From the NCBI GenBank assembly GCA_049700215.1, contig JBNAVT010000001.1:61016-125015 (forward strand): a stretch of 64,000 bases of DNA. The letters run 5' to 3'. Below are positions 1 through 9,544 of the stretch, piece after piece. Each line of letters begins with the position of its first letter. The stretch's first letter is position 1. Made by a program: the position numbers and the translations under genes. This DNA is from Thermoproteota archaeon (lineage in GTDB: Archaea; Thermoproteota; EX4484-205; JAAOZP01). Below the pieces are notes generated by a model. The model was not told the origin of the DNA and made no database searches. It saw nothing but the letters and a program-made list of their open reading frames with translations.

Positions 1-749
1 AGGTGGTATCTTCTAGCACCTCCTGGTCCAGCAAGCTCCATCCAGCTGCCCGTTTTACTAACGTAGAAGCTCATTGTGAGAGTAGCCTCTCCGTCGAGAA
101 ACAGGTTCTCCAAGACTAGGCTCTCAGGGGCTTCGATGTAATTGCCTGAGACCTGCATTACGACGCCCCTGGGGAGTCCTTCCTGCTCCAGCCTTATCAT
201 CTCGCTGTCACCACTCAGCTTCCTTAGCCTTATGGTGTAGTTCTCCTTTTCAATAAGGCCCTGGTCGAAGGCTAATGGTGTCAGGTCGAACTCCACAACG
301 TTCGTGACGCCTACATCAACATCTATATGGTAATTTATCCTTTCGACGGGGGGAAGTGTTTCAGAAGGTTGGATCGTTATCATATACCTTTTTGAACAGT
401 ATGTGGTTCCATCCGGAATGGTTTCCCTAGCGTCAACAGTGAAGTAGAAGTCCCCTGCTTCACGGGGGAAGCCTGACAACGTGAGAGTCCTTGACTCCAC
501 GCCTAGCGATGGGGAGGCTCCAAGCCCTGCTGGGGGAGAGCCGTCTTTTATTCTCCAAATCATGTTGTTTGGATAGGAGGACCCTGTGGTTGAGAATACT
601 GCTGAGTAATACTCGCCCACCCTGCCATCCGGCAACTTGAGATAAAGCTGGCCTTCATGAGTCACCGTGTCGATGGGCGACGGGTTTGAGATTATATCCA
701 TGTTGCTGCACTGCGCGTACGCTGCTAACAACGTGAAAGATGCTGGCAA
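1..749 (-). CDS. Partial surface protein with putative Ig (He_PIG-like) domain; appears to run off the window start; signal peptide probably begins at ATG 780 via a frameshift
   Basis: Manual translation: ...LPDGRVGEYYSAVFSTTGSSYPNNMIWRIKDGSPPAGL...LTLSGFPREAGDFYFTVDARE matches the He_PIG pattern. ATG at 780 (MRISLFLAYLIAS...) is in a different frame. Confidence 0.55.
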   Translation of the reverse strand, partial: MPASFTLLAAYAQCSNMDIISNPSPIDTVTHEGQLYLKLPDGRVGEYYSAVFSTTGSSYPNNMIWRIKDGSPPAGLGASPSLGVESRTLTLSGFPREAGDFYFTVDARETIPDGTTYCSKRYMITIQPSETLPPVERINYHIDVDVGVTNVVEFDLTPLAFDQGLIEKENYTIRLRKLSGDSEMIRLEQEGLPRGVVMQVSGNYIEAPESLVLENLFLDGEATLTMSFYVSKTGSWMELAGPGGARRYH

Positions 750-997
750 TTAGGTAGGCTAGAAATAGCGAAATCCTCATCTTCAACACGCTTCGCCATT
801 CTCGTACTCTAAAAGCTATATTTAAGCATTCATTTGCTCTGAAAGGAGTGGGACTGTTTGGGCGACTAGGCTCCGTTTTTTATCAGGTTGCGTACGCTTG
901 CTGAAGACGAATGGTGTGAGAAAAGCATCATGCCCCTGTTCACGTCTTGCCGGAGGCTTGGCAACAGAGTTAAAAACTCTCTGAGAGTCTTCAAACC

Positions 998-2092
998 GTG
1001 GAAACAGAGAGCAGGAAGGCTGAGCACATCCGAATAGTCCTTGAGAAGGATGTTTCCTCCAGGGTTTCCGCGGGCTTCGAGGATGTCGAGCTTATTCACA
1101 ATGCTGTTTGCGAGATTGATTTGAGCGAGATAGATACTAGTGTCACAGTCATGGGTAAGAGGCTTAGGCTGCCGCTCATAATAGAGGCTTTAACGGGTGG
1201 AACAAGGGAGGCTAAAAGGATAAACACGGGTCTGGCTGAGGTTGCTGAAACCGAGGGGATTGGGATCGGTGTTGGAAGCGTCAGGGCTGCGATGGAGGAT
1301 CCTAGCCTGGCTGACACTTACTCGGTGGTCAGGGAAAGGGCTTCGAGGACACTGGTGATTTCGAACATAGGGGCTGCCCAGGTTGCTAAGCACGGTTCAG
1401 AGTATGCTTTGAAAACAATGGAGGTTGTTGGAGCCGACGCTTTAGCCATACATTTCAACAAGCTTCAGGAGCTGGCTATGCCTGAGGGAGAAACATGTTT
1501 CAAAGGATATGGGCCGCATATAATTGAGCTTTCCAGGAAGCTCGGCGAAAAGCTGTGTTTGAAGGAGACTGGCGCAGGCTTCAGCTGCGAGGCTGCAAGG
1601 CTCGCAGAATCCTGGGGTGTTGAATGGGTTGACGTCGCTGGTGTCGGTGGGACAAGCTGGTACGCTGTGGAGTATTACCGTTCAAAGGGTAGCGGGAGTA
1701 AGGCTTCTCTGCTGGGTAAGTCTCTCTGGGACTGGGGTGTCCCGACGGCTGTCAGCATCGTTGAATCAAAGATGTGTGCAAAGAGCCTTAGGGTGATCGC
1801 GAGCGGGGGCGTCAGGACTGGTGTTGACGCTGCTAAGGCTATGGCGCTTGGAGCCAGCTGCGTGGGCATGGCTAGGCCTTTCCTAGTCTCCTTCTCGAAG
1901 GGTGGTGTAGAGGAGGCTAGAAGGCTGGTTAAATCGTTCGAGCTCGCCTTAAGATTCACAATGCTCCTCGTCGGCGCCAGGAGTGTTGAGGAGCTCGGCT
2001 TAGTGCCGCTGGTGGTAACGGGTAGGACGGCTGAATGGCTTGAGCAGAGAGGGCTTTTGAAAAAGCTTCTAAGCGGGAGGGGGAGCATATGA
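998..2092 (+). CDS. fni: Type 2 isopentenyl-diphosphate delta-isomerase
   Basis: RKAEHI, ALTGG, GVGS, NIGAAQ, LKETGAG, DVAGVGGTSW, IASGGVRTG motifs. Confidence 0.95.
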   Translation: METESRKAEHIRIVLEKDVSSRVSAGFEDVELIHNAVCEIDLSEIDTSVTVMGKRLRLPLIIEALTGGTREAKRINTGLAEVAETEGIGIGVGSVRAAMEDPSLADTYSVVRERASRTLVISNIGAAQVAKHGSEYALKTMEVVGADALAIHFNKLQELAMPEGETCFKGYGPHIIELSRKLGEKLCLKETGAGFSCEAARLAESWGVEWVDVAGVGGTSWYAVEYYRSKGSGSKASLLGKSLWDWGVPTAVSIVESKMCAKSLRVIASGGVRTGVDAAKAMALGASCVGMARPFLVSFSKGGVEEARRLVKSFELALRFTMLLVGARSVEELGLVPLVVTGRTAEWLEQRGLLKKLLSGRGSI

Positions 2093-3813
2093 GCGAGGAG
2101 CTCCTCAGCCTGATCGAGAGGCTTGCCCTGGAGAACGCTCTGGCTTTCAAGGGCGTGGCTAGGGCTGAAGCGGTGCTTGGGAAACTGCTCGGCATGAACC
2201 CTAGCTTGAGAAGCAGTGTTAAGGAGCTTATTCCGGTGATCCGGGAGGTGGCTGAAAGAGTTAACAGGCTTACGCTTGACGAGCAGGCTGAGCTTCTCAG
2301 GAGGCTCGGGGCTTTTGAGAAGACGGAGAAGGCTTTGAAGCAGGAGCCTCCGTCACTACCCAGGGCAGAAGGCTTCAGCCAGGTGGTTTTAAGGTTCGCC
2401 CCGAACCCAGACGGGCCGCTTACGCTCGGCAACGCTAGGCCAGCCGTGCTCTGCGACTATTATGCTAAGAGGATGAACGGGAGGCTTATCCTAAGGTTTG
2501 AAGACACGTCGCCGTCGGTTAAGCCGCCGTTAAGAGAGGCTTACGACTGGATTGTTGAAGACCTGGAGTGGCTCGGCATCCATCCGGATGAGACGCATTA
2601 CCAGTCGGACAGGCTTCAAACATACTACGGCTATGCTGAGGAGTTTCTGGAGAAGGGCTTCGCATACGTCTGCTTATGCAAGCCTGAGGAGTTCAGGCTT
2701 TTCGAAAAAAAGGGTGAGCCGTGCCCACATAGGGATCAGGAGCCCAGCGTAAGCCTGAGCCTCTGGGAGAAGATGCTGAACGGGGGCCTTAACCCGGGTG
2801 AGGCTGTTGTGAGAGTCAAGACTGACATGAAGCATCCTAATCCTGCTGTGAGAGACTGGCCTGCGTTAAGAATAGATGTTGCAAAGCATCCCAGGGTTTC
2901 GGGCTTCAGGGTCTGGCCGCTCTACAACTGGTCGTGCGCCATCGACGATTATGAGATGAGGGTTTCCCACGTGATAAGGGGTAGGGAGCATTTGACCAAC
3001 GAGGTCCGCCAATCCTACGTTTTCAAATACTTGAACTCTCCGCCACCGGTTTCAATACATATAGGCAGGGTCAGGCTTGAGGGCAGTGTTTTAAGCAAGT
3101 CTAGGATAATGAGGGGTCTGGCGGAGGGGTCTTACATCGGTCTTGACGATCCTAGGCTAGGCACGCTTAAGGCTCTGAGGAGAAGAGGCTTCAAGCCCGA
3201 GGTGATCAGGAGGGTTGTGCTTGAAATGGGTTTGAACATAGCTGAGTCAACCGTTAAATGGGAGAACCTTTACGCTTACAACAGGGAGGCTGTCGACTGG
3301 GAGGCTGAGCGATACTATTTCGTTAAAGACCCTGTAACGATGATTGTTAGAAGCATCCCGCAGCAGGTTGAGGCAAGGCTTTTCAGGCACCCGAGCAGGC
3401 CTGAGCTTGGTTCTAGAATTATTGTTTTAAAGCCTTCAAACGGAGAGGCTAGGCTGATCGTCTCCTCTGAAGACGTTGAGAACCTGGCTCCCGGTTCAAG
3501 GCTCAGGCTAATATCGCTCTTCAACGTTGAGGTCGAGGATGCTGACCCGCATAGTAGGACTGTTAAAGCCGTTTTCAAGGGCCTAGAGGTTCCTGAGAAA
3601 TCCTCCGGAGTAAAGCTGATCCAGTGGGTTCTCCCGAGTGACGCTGTGAAAACAGTGGTCCTGATGCCTGACGCCAGTGTCGCAGAGGGCCTAGGCGAGT
3701 CCCCTTTAACACTTCTTGATCCAGGCAGGGTTATCCAGCTTGTTCGATTCGGCTTCTGTAGGGTGGAGGCTGTTTCTAAAGACGCGGTCAACCTGGTTTT
3801 CTCACACCCTTAA
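2089..3813 (+). CDS. gltX: Glutamate-tRNA ligase (archaeal)
   Basis: RFAPNPDGPL(T)LGN, RFEDT, DWPALRI, WPLYN, HVIRGREH, LSKS. Confidence 0.96.
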   Translation: MSEELLSLIERLALENALAFKGVARAEAVLGKLLGMNPSLRSSVKELIPVIREVAERVNRLTLDEQAELLRRLGAFEKTEKALKQEPPSLPRAEGFSQVVLRFAPNPDGPLTLGNARPAVLCDYYAKRMNGRLILRFEDTSPSVKPPLREAYDWIVEDLEWLGIHPDETHYQSDRLQTYYGYAEEFLEKGFAYVCLCKPEEFRLFEKKGEPCPHRDQEPSVSLSLWEKMLNGGLNPGEAVVRVKTDMKHPNPAVRDWPALRIDVAKHPRVSGFRVWPLYNWSCAIDDYEMRVSHVIRGREHLTNEVRQSYVFKYLNSPPPVSIHIGRVRLEGSVLSKSRIMRGLAEGSYIGLDDPRLGTLKALRRRGFKPEVIRRVVLEMGLNIAESTVKWENLYAYNREAVDWEAERYYFVKDPVTMIVRSIPQQVEARLFRHPSRPELGSRIIVLKPSNGEARLIVSSEDVENLAPGSRLRLISLFNVEVEDADPHSRTVKAVFKGLEVPEKSSGVKLIQWVLPSDAVKTVVLMPDASVAEGLGESPLTLLDPGRVIQLVRFGFCRVEAVSKDAVNLVFSHP

Positions 3814-3877
3814 AAGCGCATCAAGTTTTTATACCCCTCTATCCCCGTGTGTGGAAGGGTAGAGGTGCTTAACGGAA

Positions 3878-4270
3878 ATGGTTAGGGTTACAACGGCTGA
3901 ATACGAGCCGAGTAAGGAGCTCGTCGAGGAAGCGTTAGAACTGCTTAGGATCGCCTCCAAGACTGGTAAGGTTAAAAGAGGCACCAATGAAACCACGAAA
4001 GCCCTTGAAAGAGGGGTGGCTAAACTAGCGTACGTGGCTGACAACACTGACCCGGTTGAGGTCGTCCTCCACATACCCTTGCTGAGCAGGGACAGGAAAA
4101 TCCCTTACATAGTTGTCCCTGATAAGAAGCAGCTCGGCGAGGCTGCTGGGCTCTCCAACGTTTCAGCCGCGGCCGTGGCGATAATAGACCCGGGTGAGGC
4201 TGCTCCCATGCTTGAAAGCGTCGCTAAGAAGATAGAGTCTGCAAGGGCTAAGGCTGGGGGAAGCAGTTGA
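3878..4270 (+). CDS. rpl7ae: 50S ribosomal protein L7Ae
   Basis: [28 protein letters not shown]. Confidence 0.97.
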   Translation: MVRVTTAEYEPSKELVEEALELLRIASKTGKVKRGTNETTKALERGVAKLAYVADNTDPVEVVLHIPLLSRDRKIPYIVVPDKKQLGEAAGLSNVSAAAVAIIDPGEAAPMLESVAKKIESARAKAGGSS

Positions 4271-4473
4271 GCGAGGAAGCTACTCCTGCAGAGGTTGTCG
4301 AGCTGGTAGCAAGGTCCGGTGCTTCAGGAGAGGTTACTCAAGTCAGGGTGAGGATTCTCACGGGAAGAGACAAGGGCAGGGTTATTCTCAGGAACGTGCG
4401 CGGCCCGGTTAGGGTTGGAGACGTACTTATGCTGAGGGAGACTGAGAGGGAAGCCAGAAGGTTCTCAGGGTGA
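4267..4473 (+). CDS. rps28e: 30S ribosomal protein S28e
   Basis: [35 protein letters not shown]. Confidence 0.97.
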   Translation: MSEEATPAEVVELVARSGASGEVTQVRVRILTGRDKGRVILRNVRGPVRVGDVLMLRETEREARRFSG

Positions 4474-4479
4474 TGAGCC

Positions 4480-4677
4480 ACGCCCACAGCCTTCAAATGC
4501 AGCTTCTGCGACAAGACGTTTCTGATCGGTGAGGGTGTTCTTTACGTTAAGAGAGACGGAAGCATCCTGAGGTTCTGCAGCTCCAAGTGCTTGAGAAACT
4601 CTGTTAAACTCGGCAGGAACCCTAGGAAGGTCAAGTGGGCTGCTGGGAGAACTCGGCCCGGAGGCTTGTCTCAATGA
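4480..4677 (+). CDS. rpl24e: 50S ribosomal protein L24e (not in ORF track; no canonical in-frame start, ACG at 4480)
   Basis: Manual translation (M)PTAFKCSFCDKTFLIGEGVLYVKRDGSILRFCSSKCLRNSVKLGRNPRKVKW; conserved position after rps28e. Confidence 0.92.
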   Translation, partial: TPTAFKCSFCDKTFLIGEGVLYVKRDGSILRFCSSKCLRNSVKLGRNPRKVKWAAGRTRPGGLSQ

Positions 4678-5333
4678 GGCTCGTGATCTTCGGCCCGCCT
4701 GGCTCAGGCAAGGGCACGTATGCTTCAAGGCTTGCGCCGAGGCTTGGAGTACCGCATATTTCAACCGGGGATATTTTGAGGGATGAGGTGAAGAGCGGCT
4801 CCGAGCTTGGGAAAAACATATCGAGCTATGTTTCAAGCGGGAGGCTTGTTCCAGACGAGGTTGTGAACATGGTTATGGCGAAAAGGCTTTCTCAGGAGGA
4901 CTGTAGGAAGGGCTTCATACTTGACGGTTACCCGAGGACGCTGCAGCAGGCCTGTTTCCTGGAAAAGGTTTCGAAAATAGACTTCGTGATAAACCTGAAC
5001 GTTCCGGATGAGGTGATAGTCAGACGCTTGTCTTCAAGGCTTGTCTGCAGGAAATGCGGCGCAATATACAATAGGATAACGATGCCGCCGAAGGTTGACT
5101 GTGTTTGCGACAAGTGTGGCGGCGAGCTTTATCAGAGGGATGACGATAAGCCTGAAGTCGTAAGGGAAAGAATAAGGATCTATAAGAGTGAGGCTGCTCC
5201 GCTGCTTGAGCACTACCGTAGGGCTGGGGTGGCTGTAATAGATTTCTTCTACGAGCCCGATGAGACTGGTGGAGACGTTCCGCCAGACGTTGCCGCGGAA
5301 AGGATTCTTAAGGCTCTTAAAGGCTCATGCTGA
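4674..5333 (+). CDS. adk: Adenylate kinase, bacterial-type with zinc-binding LID
   Basis: MRLVIFGPPGSGKGT, HISTGDILR, GFILDGYPRT, CxxC...CxxC LID, QRDDD; ATGA overlap with rpl24e. Confidence 0.93.
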   Translation: MRLVIFGPPGSGKGTYASRLAPRLGVPHISTGDILRDEVKSGSELGKNISSYVSSGRLVPDEVVNMVMAKRLSQEDCRKGFILDGYPRTLQQACFLEKVSKIDFVINLNVPDEVIVRRLSSRLVCRKCGAIYNRITMPPKVDCVCDKCGGELYQRDDDKPEVVRERIRIYKSEAAPLLEHYRRAGVAVIDFFYEPDETGGDVPPDVAAERILKALKGSC

Positions 5334-5529
5334 TTCCGAGGCTTCGACGGGCTGCGCTAACGCGAGGCCCTAGAGCGTCTAGACGGGGAGCACGTTTCTC
5401 TCCAAAGGCTAATCCACGTGTTTTTAAGCCTGTTCACGGCTTTTTCAACCCTCAGACTAGTGGCCAGCCTGCTTAATCACGGGAGATAGAGATTAATACT
5501 TCCACGCCGCCAGTGACCCTGAAGGTGCT

Positions 5530-7308
5530 GTGTTAAAAATGGGTGTTAGAGAGCCCATCGTGGTCGTCCTTGGGCATGTCGACAGCGGTAAGACGTCTCT
5601 GCTGGACAAGATACGCGGCACCTTCGTCGCTATGAGGGAGGCCGGCGGCATAACTCAACACGTCGGGGCAAGCCTAATACCGGCTGAAGTCATAGTTAGA
5701 GTGGCTAAGACGCTTAACATAAGGCTGGAGGAGAGGCTAAGGGTCCCTGGAATACTTTTCATCGACACGCCTGGGCACGAGGCCTTCGTAAACCTTAGGA
5801 GGAGAGGCGGGTCTATCGCCGACTTCGCCATCCTCGTGATAGACCTTGTTAAAGGGGTTGAGCCCCAGACTGTCGAGTCCCTAGATATCCTTAGGGCTAG
5901 GAAGACCCCGTTTCTTATCGCGGCGAACAAGATTGATCTTCTCCCTGGTTGGAAGCCCCAGGGTGTTTTAAGCGTGCTTCAATCACTCTCCAAGCAGGAT
6001 GAGAGGGTTAAGCGGAGTCTTGACGAGCATCTCTACAGGATAATCGGTGATCTTTCAGCAATGGGCTTCAGGTCAGACAGGTTCGACCGGTTGACTGACT
6101 TCAGGAGGAATGTTGCGATAGTGCCTGTGAGCGCGGTAACAGGGGAAGGGGTCTCCGAGCTTATAGCGGTCTTAATCGGGCTTGTCCAACAGTTTCTGAT
6201 AAGCGGGCTTGAGTGCAGCGAGGGCCCTGCGAGGGGTGTTGTGCTGGAGGTTGTTGAGGAGACGGGGATGGGAACTACTGTGAACGCTGTCATCTTCGAC
6301 GGCGTGCTGAGGAGCGGCGACACGATTGTGCTAATGGGCCTGAGCAAGCCGATCGTTACAAAGGTTAGGGCTCTTCTCATGCCTAAGCCTCTTGACGAGA
6401 TGAGGGATCCGAGGGACAGGTTCAACCAGGTTGAAGAAGTCAGGCCATCCGCAGGGGTTAAGATTGTTGCGCCAAACCTGGAGGATGCTCTACCCGGCTC
6501 TCCTTTAACAGTCGCCTCCGGGAGCATTGAGGAGGCTGTTAGAGGAGTCACGTCTGAGGTGGAGTCGATAAGGATCAGGAGTGGCGAGGAGGGCGTCGTG
6601 GTTAAAGCGGACACGCTCGGCTCTCTTGAAGCCATCGTGGGGGAGCTTGAGAAGAAGGGTGTTCCAGTCAGGCTTGGAGACCTTGGTCCTGTTTCCGAGA
6701 GGGACGTTATTGAAGCATCCATCTCTTCGCAGGACCCGACTCTCAGGGTCCTGCTGGCGTTCAACGTTAGACTGATGCCTGAAGCGGTTGAGGAGGCTAG
6801 GAGGAGGAGTGTTCCGGTTTTCCACGGCAGGATCATCTACAGGCTGGTTGAAGAGTTTCTAGAGTGGCGTAGGCAGGAGAAGCAGAGGGAGGCAAGCATG
6901 CAGCTAGAGCAGCTAATACTCCCAGCCAGGATTAGAATCCTGCCTGCATACGTCTTCAGAAGGAGTAAGCCCGCTATAGTCGGCGTTAAGGTTGAGGCGG
7001 GCGGAATAAAGCCGGGCTACCCCTTGATAAATACTAAAGGCGAGAAAATAGGAGTTATCGACCAGATTCAGAAGGAGGGTAAGAGTGTTCCCAAGGCTGA
7101 GGCTGGGGAGGAGGTTGCAATCTCCATACCTGAGGCAATAGTTGGCAGGAACCTGAGGGAGGAGGATGTTCTCCTTGTAGACGTGCCGAGTAGGGACGCA
7201 TCCCTGATAAACAGGGTTTTCAAAGAGCAGTTGGAGCCCCACTATCTCCAGGCGTTGGAGGAGGTCTCTAGGCTTAAGAAGAGGGATAACCCGTTCTACG
7301 GCTTGTAG
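5530..7308 (+). CDS. infB: Translation initiation factor aIF5B (IF-2)
   Basis: LGHVDSGKT, EAGGITQHVGA, DTPGHEAF, NKID, KADTLGSLEA. Confidence 0.97.
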   Translation: MLKMGVREPIVVVLGHVDSGKTSLLDKIRGTFVAMREAGGITQHVGASLIPAEVIVRVAKTLNIRLEERLRVPGILFIDTPGHEAFVNLRRRGGSIADFAILVIDLVKGVEPQTVESLDILRARKTPFLIAANKIDLLPGWKPQGVLSVLQSLSKQDERVKRSLDEHLYRIIGDLSAMGFRSDRFDRLTDFRRNVAIVPVSAVTGEGVSELIAVLIGLVQQFLISGLECSEGPARGVVLEVVEETGMGTTVNAVIFDGVLRSGDTIVLMGLSKPIVTKVRALLMPKPLDEMRDPRDRFNQVEEVRPSAGVKIVAPNLEDALPGSPLTVASGSIEEAVRGVTSEVESIRIRSGEEGVVVKADTLGSLEAIVGELEKKGVPVRLGDLGPVSERDVIEASISSQDPTLRVLLAFNVRLMPEAVEEARRRSVPVFHGRIIYRLVEEFLEWRRQEKQREASMQLEQLILPARIRILPAYVFRRSKPAIVGVKVEAGGIKPGYPLINTKGEKIGVIDQIQKEGKSVPKAEAGEEVAISIPEAIVGRNLREEDVLLVDVPSRDASLINRVFKEQLEPHYLQALEEVSRLKKRDNPFYGL

Positions 7309-7420
7309 TTTAAAACACGCCTGTAAAGGGCTACGCTTTCTTCCGAGTGTTTTTAAACGTTGCAGAGGCTTCTCGACGCTGGGTAATGTTTTAATACTGG
7401 TTTAACAGCCATACTGCTGC

Positions 7421-7765
7421 ATGCCGCCTGAATTCAAGCTGTGCATCTCCGACCCTAAGAGTGGTAAAACCGAGTCGGTTAAGCTGGAGGGAAGTAGTGC
7501 TATCCCTCTGCTCGGCTTAAAGATAGGAAGCGTTGTAGACGGCTCTATCGCCGGTAAGCCGGGAGTCAAGCTAATGATAACCGGGGGGTCGGACAGGTCC
7601 GGCATACCGATGGTCCCCTCTGTCCAAGGCGGTGTTAAAAAAGAGATCTGGGTTAAGAGGAAGACTGTTGTCGGAGAAACAAGGAGGAAAATGCTGGTGA
7701 GGGGTAACCAGGTTTCTGAAGAGATTTACCAGGTTAACATGAAGATTATCACTGGAGACGCTTGA
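7421..7765 (+). CDS. rps6e: 30S ribosomal protein S6e
   Basis: FKLCISDPKSGK, ITGGSDRSGIPM, VRGNQVSEEIYQVNMKI. Confidence 0.95.
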   Translation: MPPEFKLCISDPKSGKTESVKLEGSSAIPLLGLKIGSVVDGSIAGKPGVKLMITGGSDRSGIPMVPSVQGGVKKEIWVKRKTVVGETRRKMLVRGNQVSEEIYQVNMKIITGDA

Positions 7766-7856
7766 AAACTAAGCTTGTAGGCGCGTCGAGCTCGCGTAAG
7801 CACTCGCCATTTAAAGATTATAAATAGGCTTGCCTCATCTACGGTGAGTTGGGAAC

Positions 7857-9152
7857 ATGTCGCAGCCAGCTGAGTCCGCGAAAATGATGGTCGCTCATGG
7901 TTCTGGTAAAGAAATAGATAATTATAAACGTATTCAACCATGTCTAAATTTGGGGACTCTGGGTCACGTAGATCATGGGAAGACTACTCTCGTACAAGCC
8001 ATCACCGGTGTCTGGACCGCTAAGCACAGTGATGAACTGAAAAGGGGTATAACGATAAAGCTTGGCTACGCTAACTTCAGTGTTTTCCAATGCCCGAAGT
8101 GTCCGCTGCCATACAACTTCGTGACGACCCCCAGATGCTCATGCGGCTCCGAGGCTGTCTTCCAGAGGAAGATAAGCTTCGTGGACTCGCCTGGCCACGA
8201 GATATTGATGACTACTATGCTGAGTGGTGCCGCCGTCATGGATGCCGCAATACTTGTGATCGGCGCGGATGAGGTTTGCCCTCAGCCCCAGACCTATGAG
8301 CATCTCCTGGCTGCTGAGATAATGGGCATTAAGAGGCTGATCGTAGTCCAGAATAAGATCGACATAGTTTCCAGGGAGAGGGCCTTGAAAAACCTGGAGG
8401 AGATTAAGAACTTCCTCTCTGAAACGAGGTTTGCCGACGCTACCATAGTGCCGGTTTCCGCGCAGCACAAGGTTAACGTGGACGTGTTGCTCTACGTTAT
8501 TCAGAAAGAGGTTCCAACACCGGTTTTCGACCTAAGCTCCCCGGCTAGGATGATAGTGATAAGGTCTTTCGACGTTAACAGGCCTGGTACTCCGGTTAGA
8601 GAGATGAGAGGCGGAATACTGGGCGGCTCGATCATCAGGGGGGAGATAAGGGTTGGAGATGAGGTTGAAATACTGCCTGGCCTAAGGGTTAAGAAGGATG
8701 ACGCTGTTGAAACCATACCGCTTATTGCTGAAGTGGTTTCAGTGGGCTTCGACAATGTTTTTGTAGAAAGCGTCAGGAGCGGGGGTCTAGTCGGAATTGG
8801 GACAACCCTCGACCCTTCCCTGACTAAGAACGACCTGCTGGTGGGAAACCTTGCCGGGAAGCCCGGTACGCTCCCACCCGTTACAAGAAGCATTACCCTT
8901 GAATACAGCATGTTTGAAAGGGTTGTTGGCGTCAGAGGCCTTGTGAAGACGGAGCCCATCCGGGCTGGGGAGGTTTTGAACGTTAACGTCGGCTCAGCGT
9001 TAACGCAGGCGGTCGTGAAGGATGTTAAGGATAACAGGATCAACCTAAGCCTCAAGATGCCTGTCTGCGCTGAGAAGGGTCAGAGGATTGCTGTGAGCAG
9101 GCTTGTCGAGAGGCGTTGGAGGCTTATCGGCCACGGTGTGCTTGTTGATTGA
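7857..9152 (+). CDS. eif2g: Translation initiation factor 2 gamma subunit
   Basis: GHVDHGKTT, ELKRGITIKLGY, DSPGHE, PQPQT.EH, RSFDVNRPG, WRLIGHG. Confidence 0.97.
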   Translation: MSQPAESAKMMVAHGSGKEIDNYKRIQPCLNLGTLGHVDHGKTTLVQAITGVWTAKHSDELKRGITIKLGYANFSVFQCPKCPLPYNFVTTPRCSCGSEAVFQRKISFVDSPGHEILMTTMLSGAAVMDAAILVIGADEVCPQPQTYEHLLAAEIMGIKRLIVVQNKIDIVSRERALKNLEEIKNFLSETRFADATIVPVSAQHKVNVDVLLYVIQKEVPTPVFDLSSPARMIVIRSFDVNRPGTPVREMRGGILGGSIIRGEIRVGDEVEILPGLRVKKDDAVETIPLIAEVVSVGFDNVFVESVRSGGLVGIGTTLDPSLTKNDLLVGNLAGKPGTLPPVTRSITLEYSMFERVVGVRGLVKTEPIRAGEVLNVNVGSALTQAVVKDVKDNRINLSLKMPVCAEKGQRIAVSRLVERRWRLIGHGVLVD

Positions 9153-9538
9153 TGGTGCTCCTGGATTCCAGCGCGCTGCTGGCCCCCTTCGAAACCGGGG
9201 TTGACTTCATAAACGGGATAACTGGTTTAACTCACGGCAGGGTGCTGTTTCTAGTGCCTTTCGAAACCCTCGTTGAGCTTAGGAGGCTTACCGGGGGTAG
9301 GCCTAAGCTGGCTGGCATGGCTAGGCTAGCCCTATCCGTTGCAAGCGGCTTCAGAACCTTGCTTCCAACCGGAATGGGCTGCGACGACGCGCTTGTCTAC
9401 CTTGCAAAAACTTATAAAGCGGCTGTGGCGACAGGCGACAGGACGTTAAGCAGGAGGCTTAGGACCTTGCGTATACCTGTTTTCTATCCTTCCGGAGGGG
9501 GAAGGATAATTGGGAAAGGATGGTTCGAAAAGGGGTGA
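9149..9538 (+). CDS. PIN-domain protein (Fcf1/Utp24-like)
   Basis: LLDSS...EL...DDALV...ATGDR; conserved position between eif2g and rpoE1. Confidence 0.8.
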   Translation: MMVLLDSSALLAPFETGVDFINGITGLTHGRVLFLVPFETLVELRRLTGGRPKLAGMARLALSVASGFRTLLPTGMGCDDALVYLAKTYKAAVATGDRTLSRRLRTLRIPVFYPSGGGRIIGKGWFEKG

Positions 9539-9544
9539 TGAGGG

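Noticed and set aside
5334-5529. tRNA, ncRNA or ndk remnant in the adk-infB gap
   Set aside because: No cloverleaf or T-loop motif and no NDK-like translation recognised.
7884-7910. C/D-box sRNA (ATGATGG...CTGG) at the eif2g 5' end
   Set aside because: The boxes do not match RUGAUGA/CUGA, and the region is in-frame coding after a good TATA box and SD.
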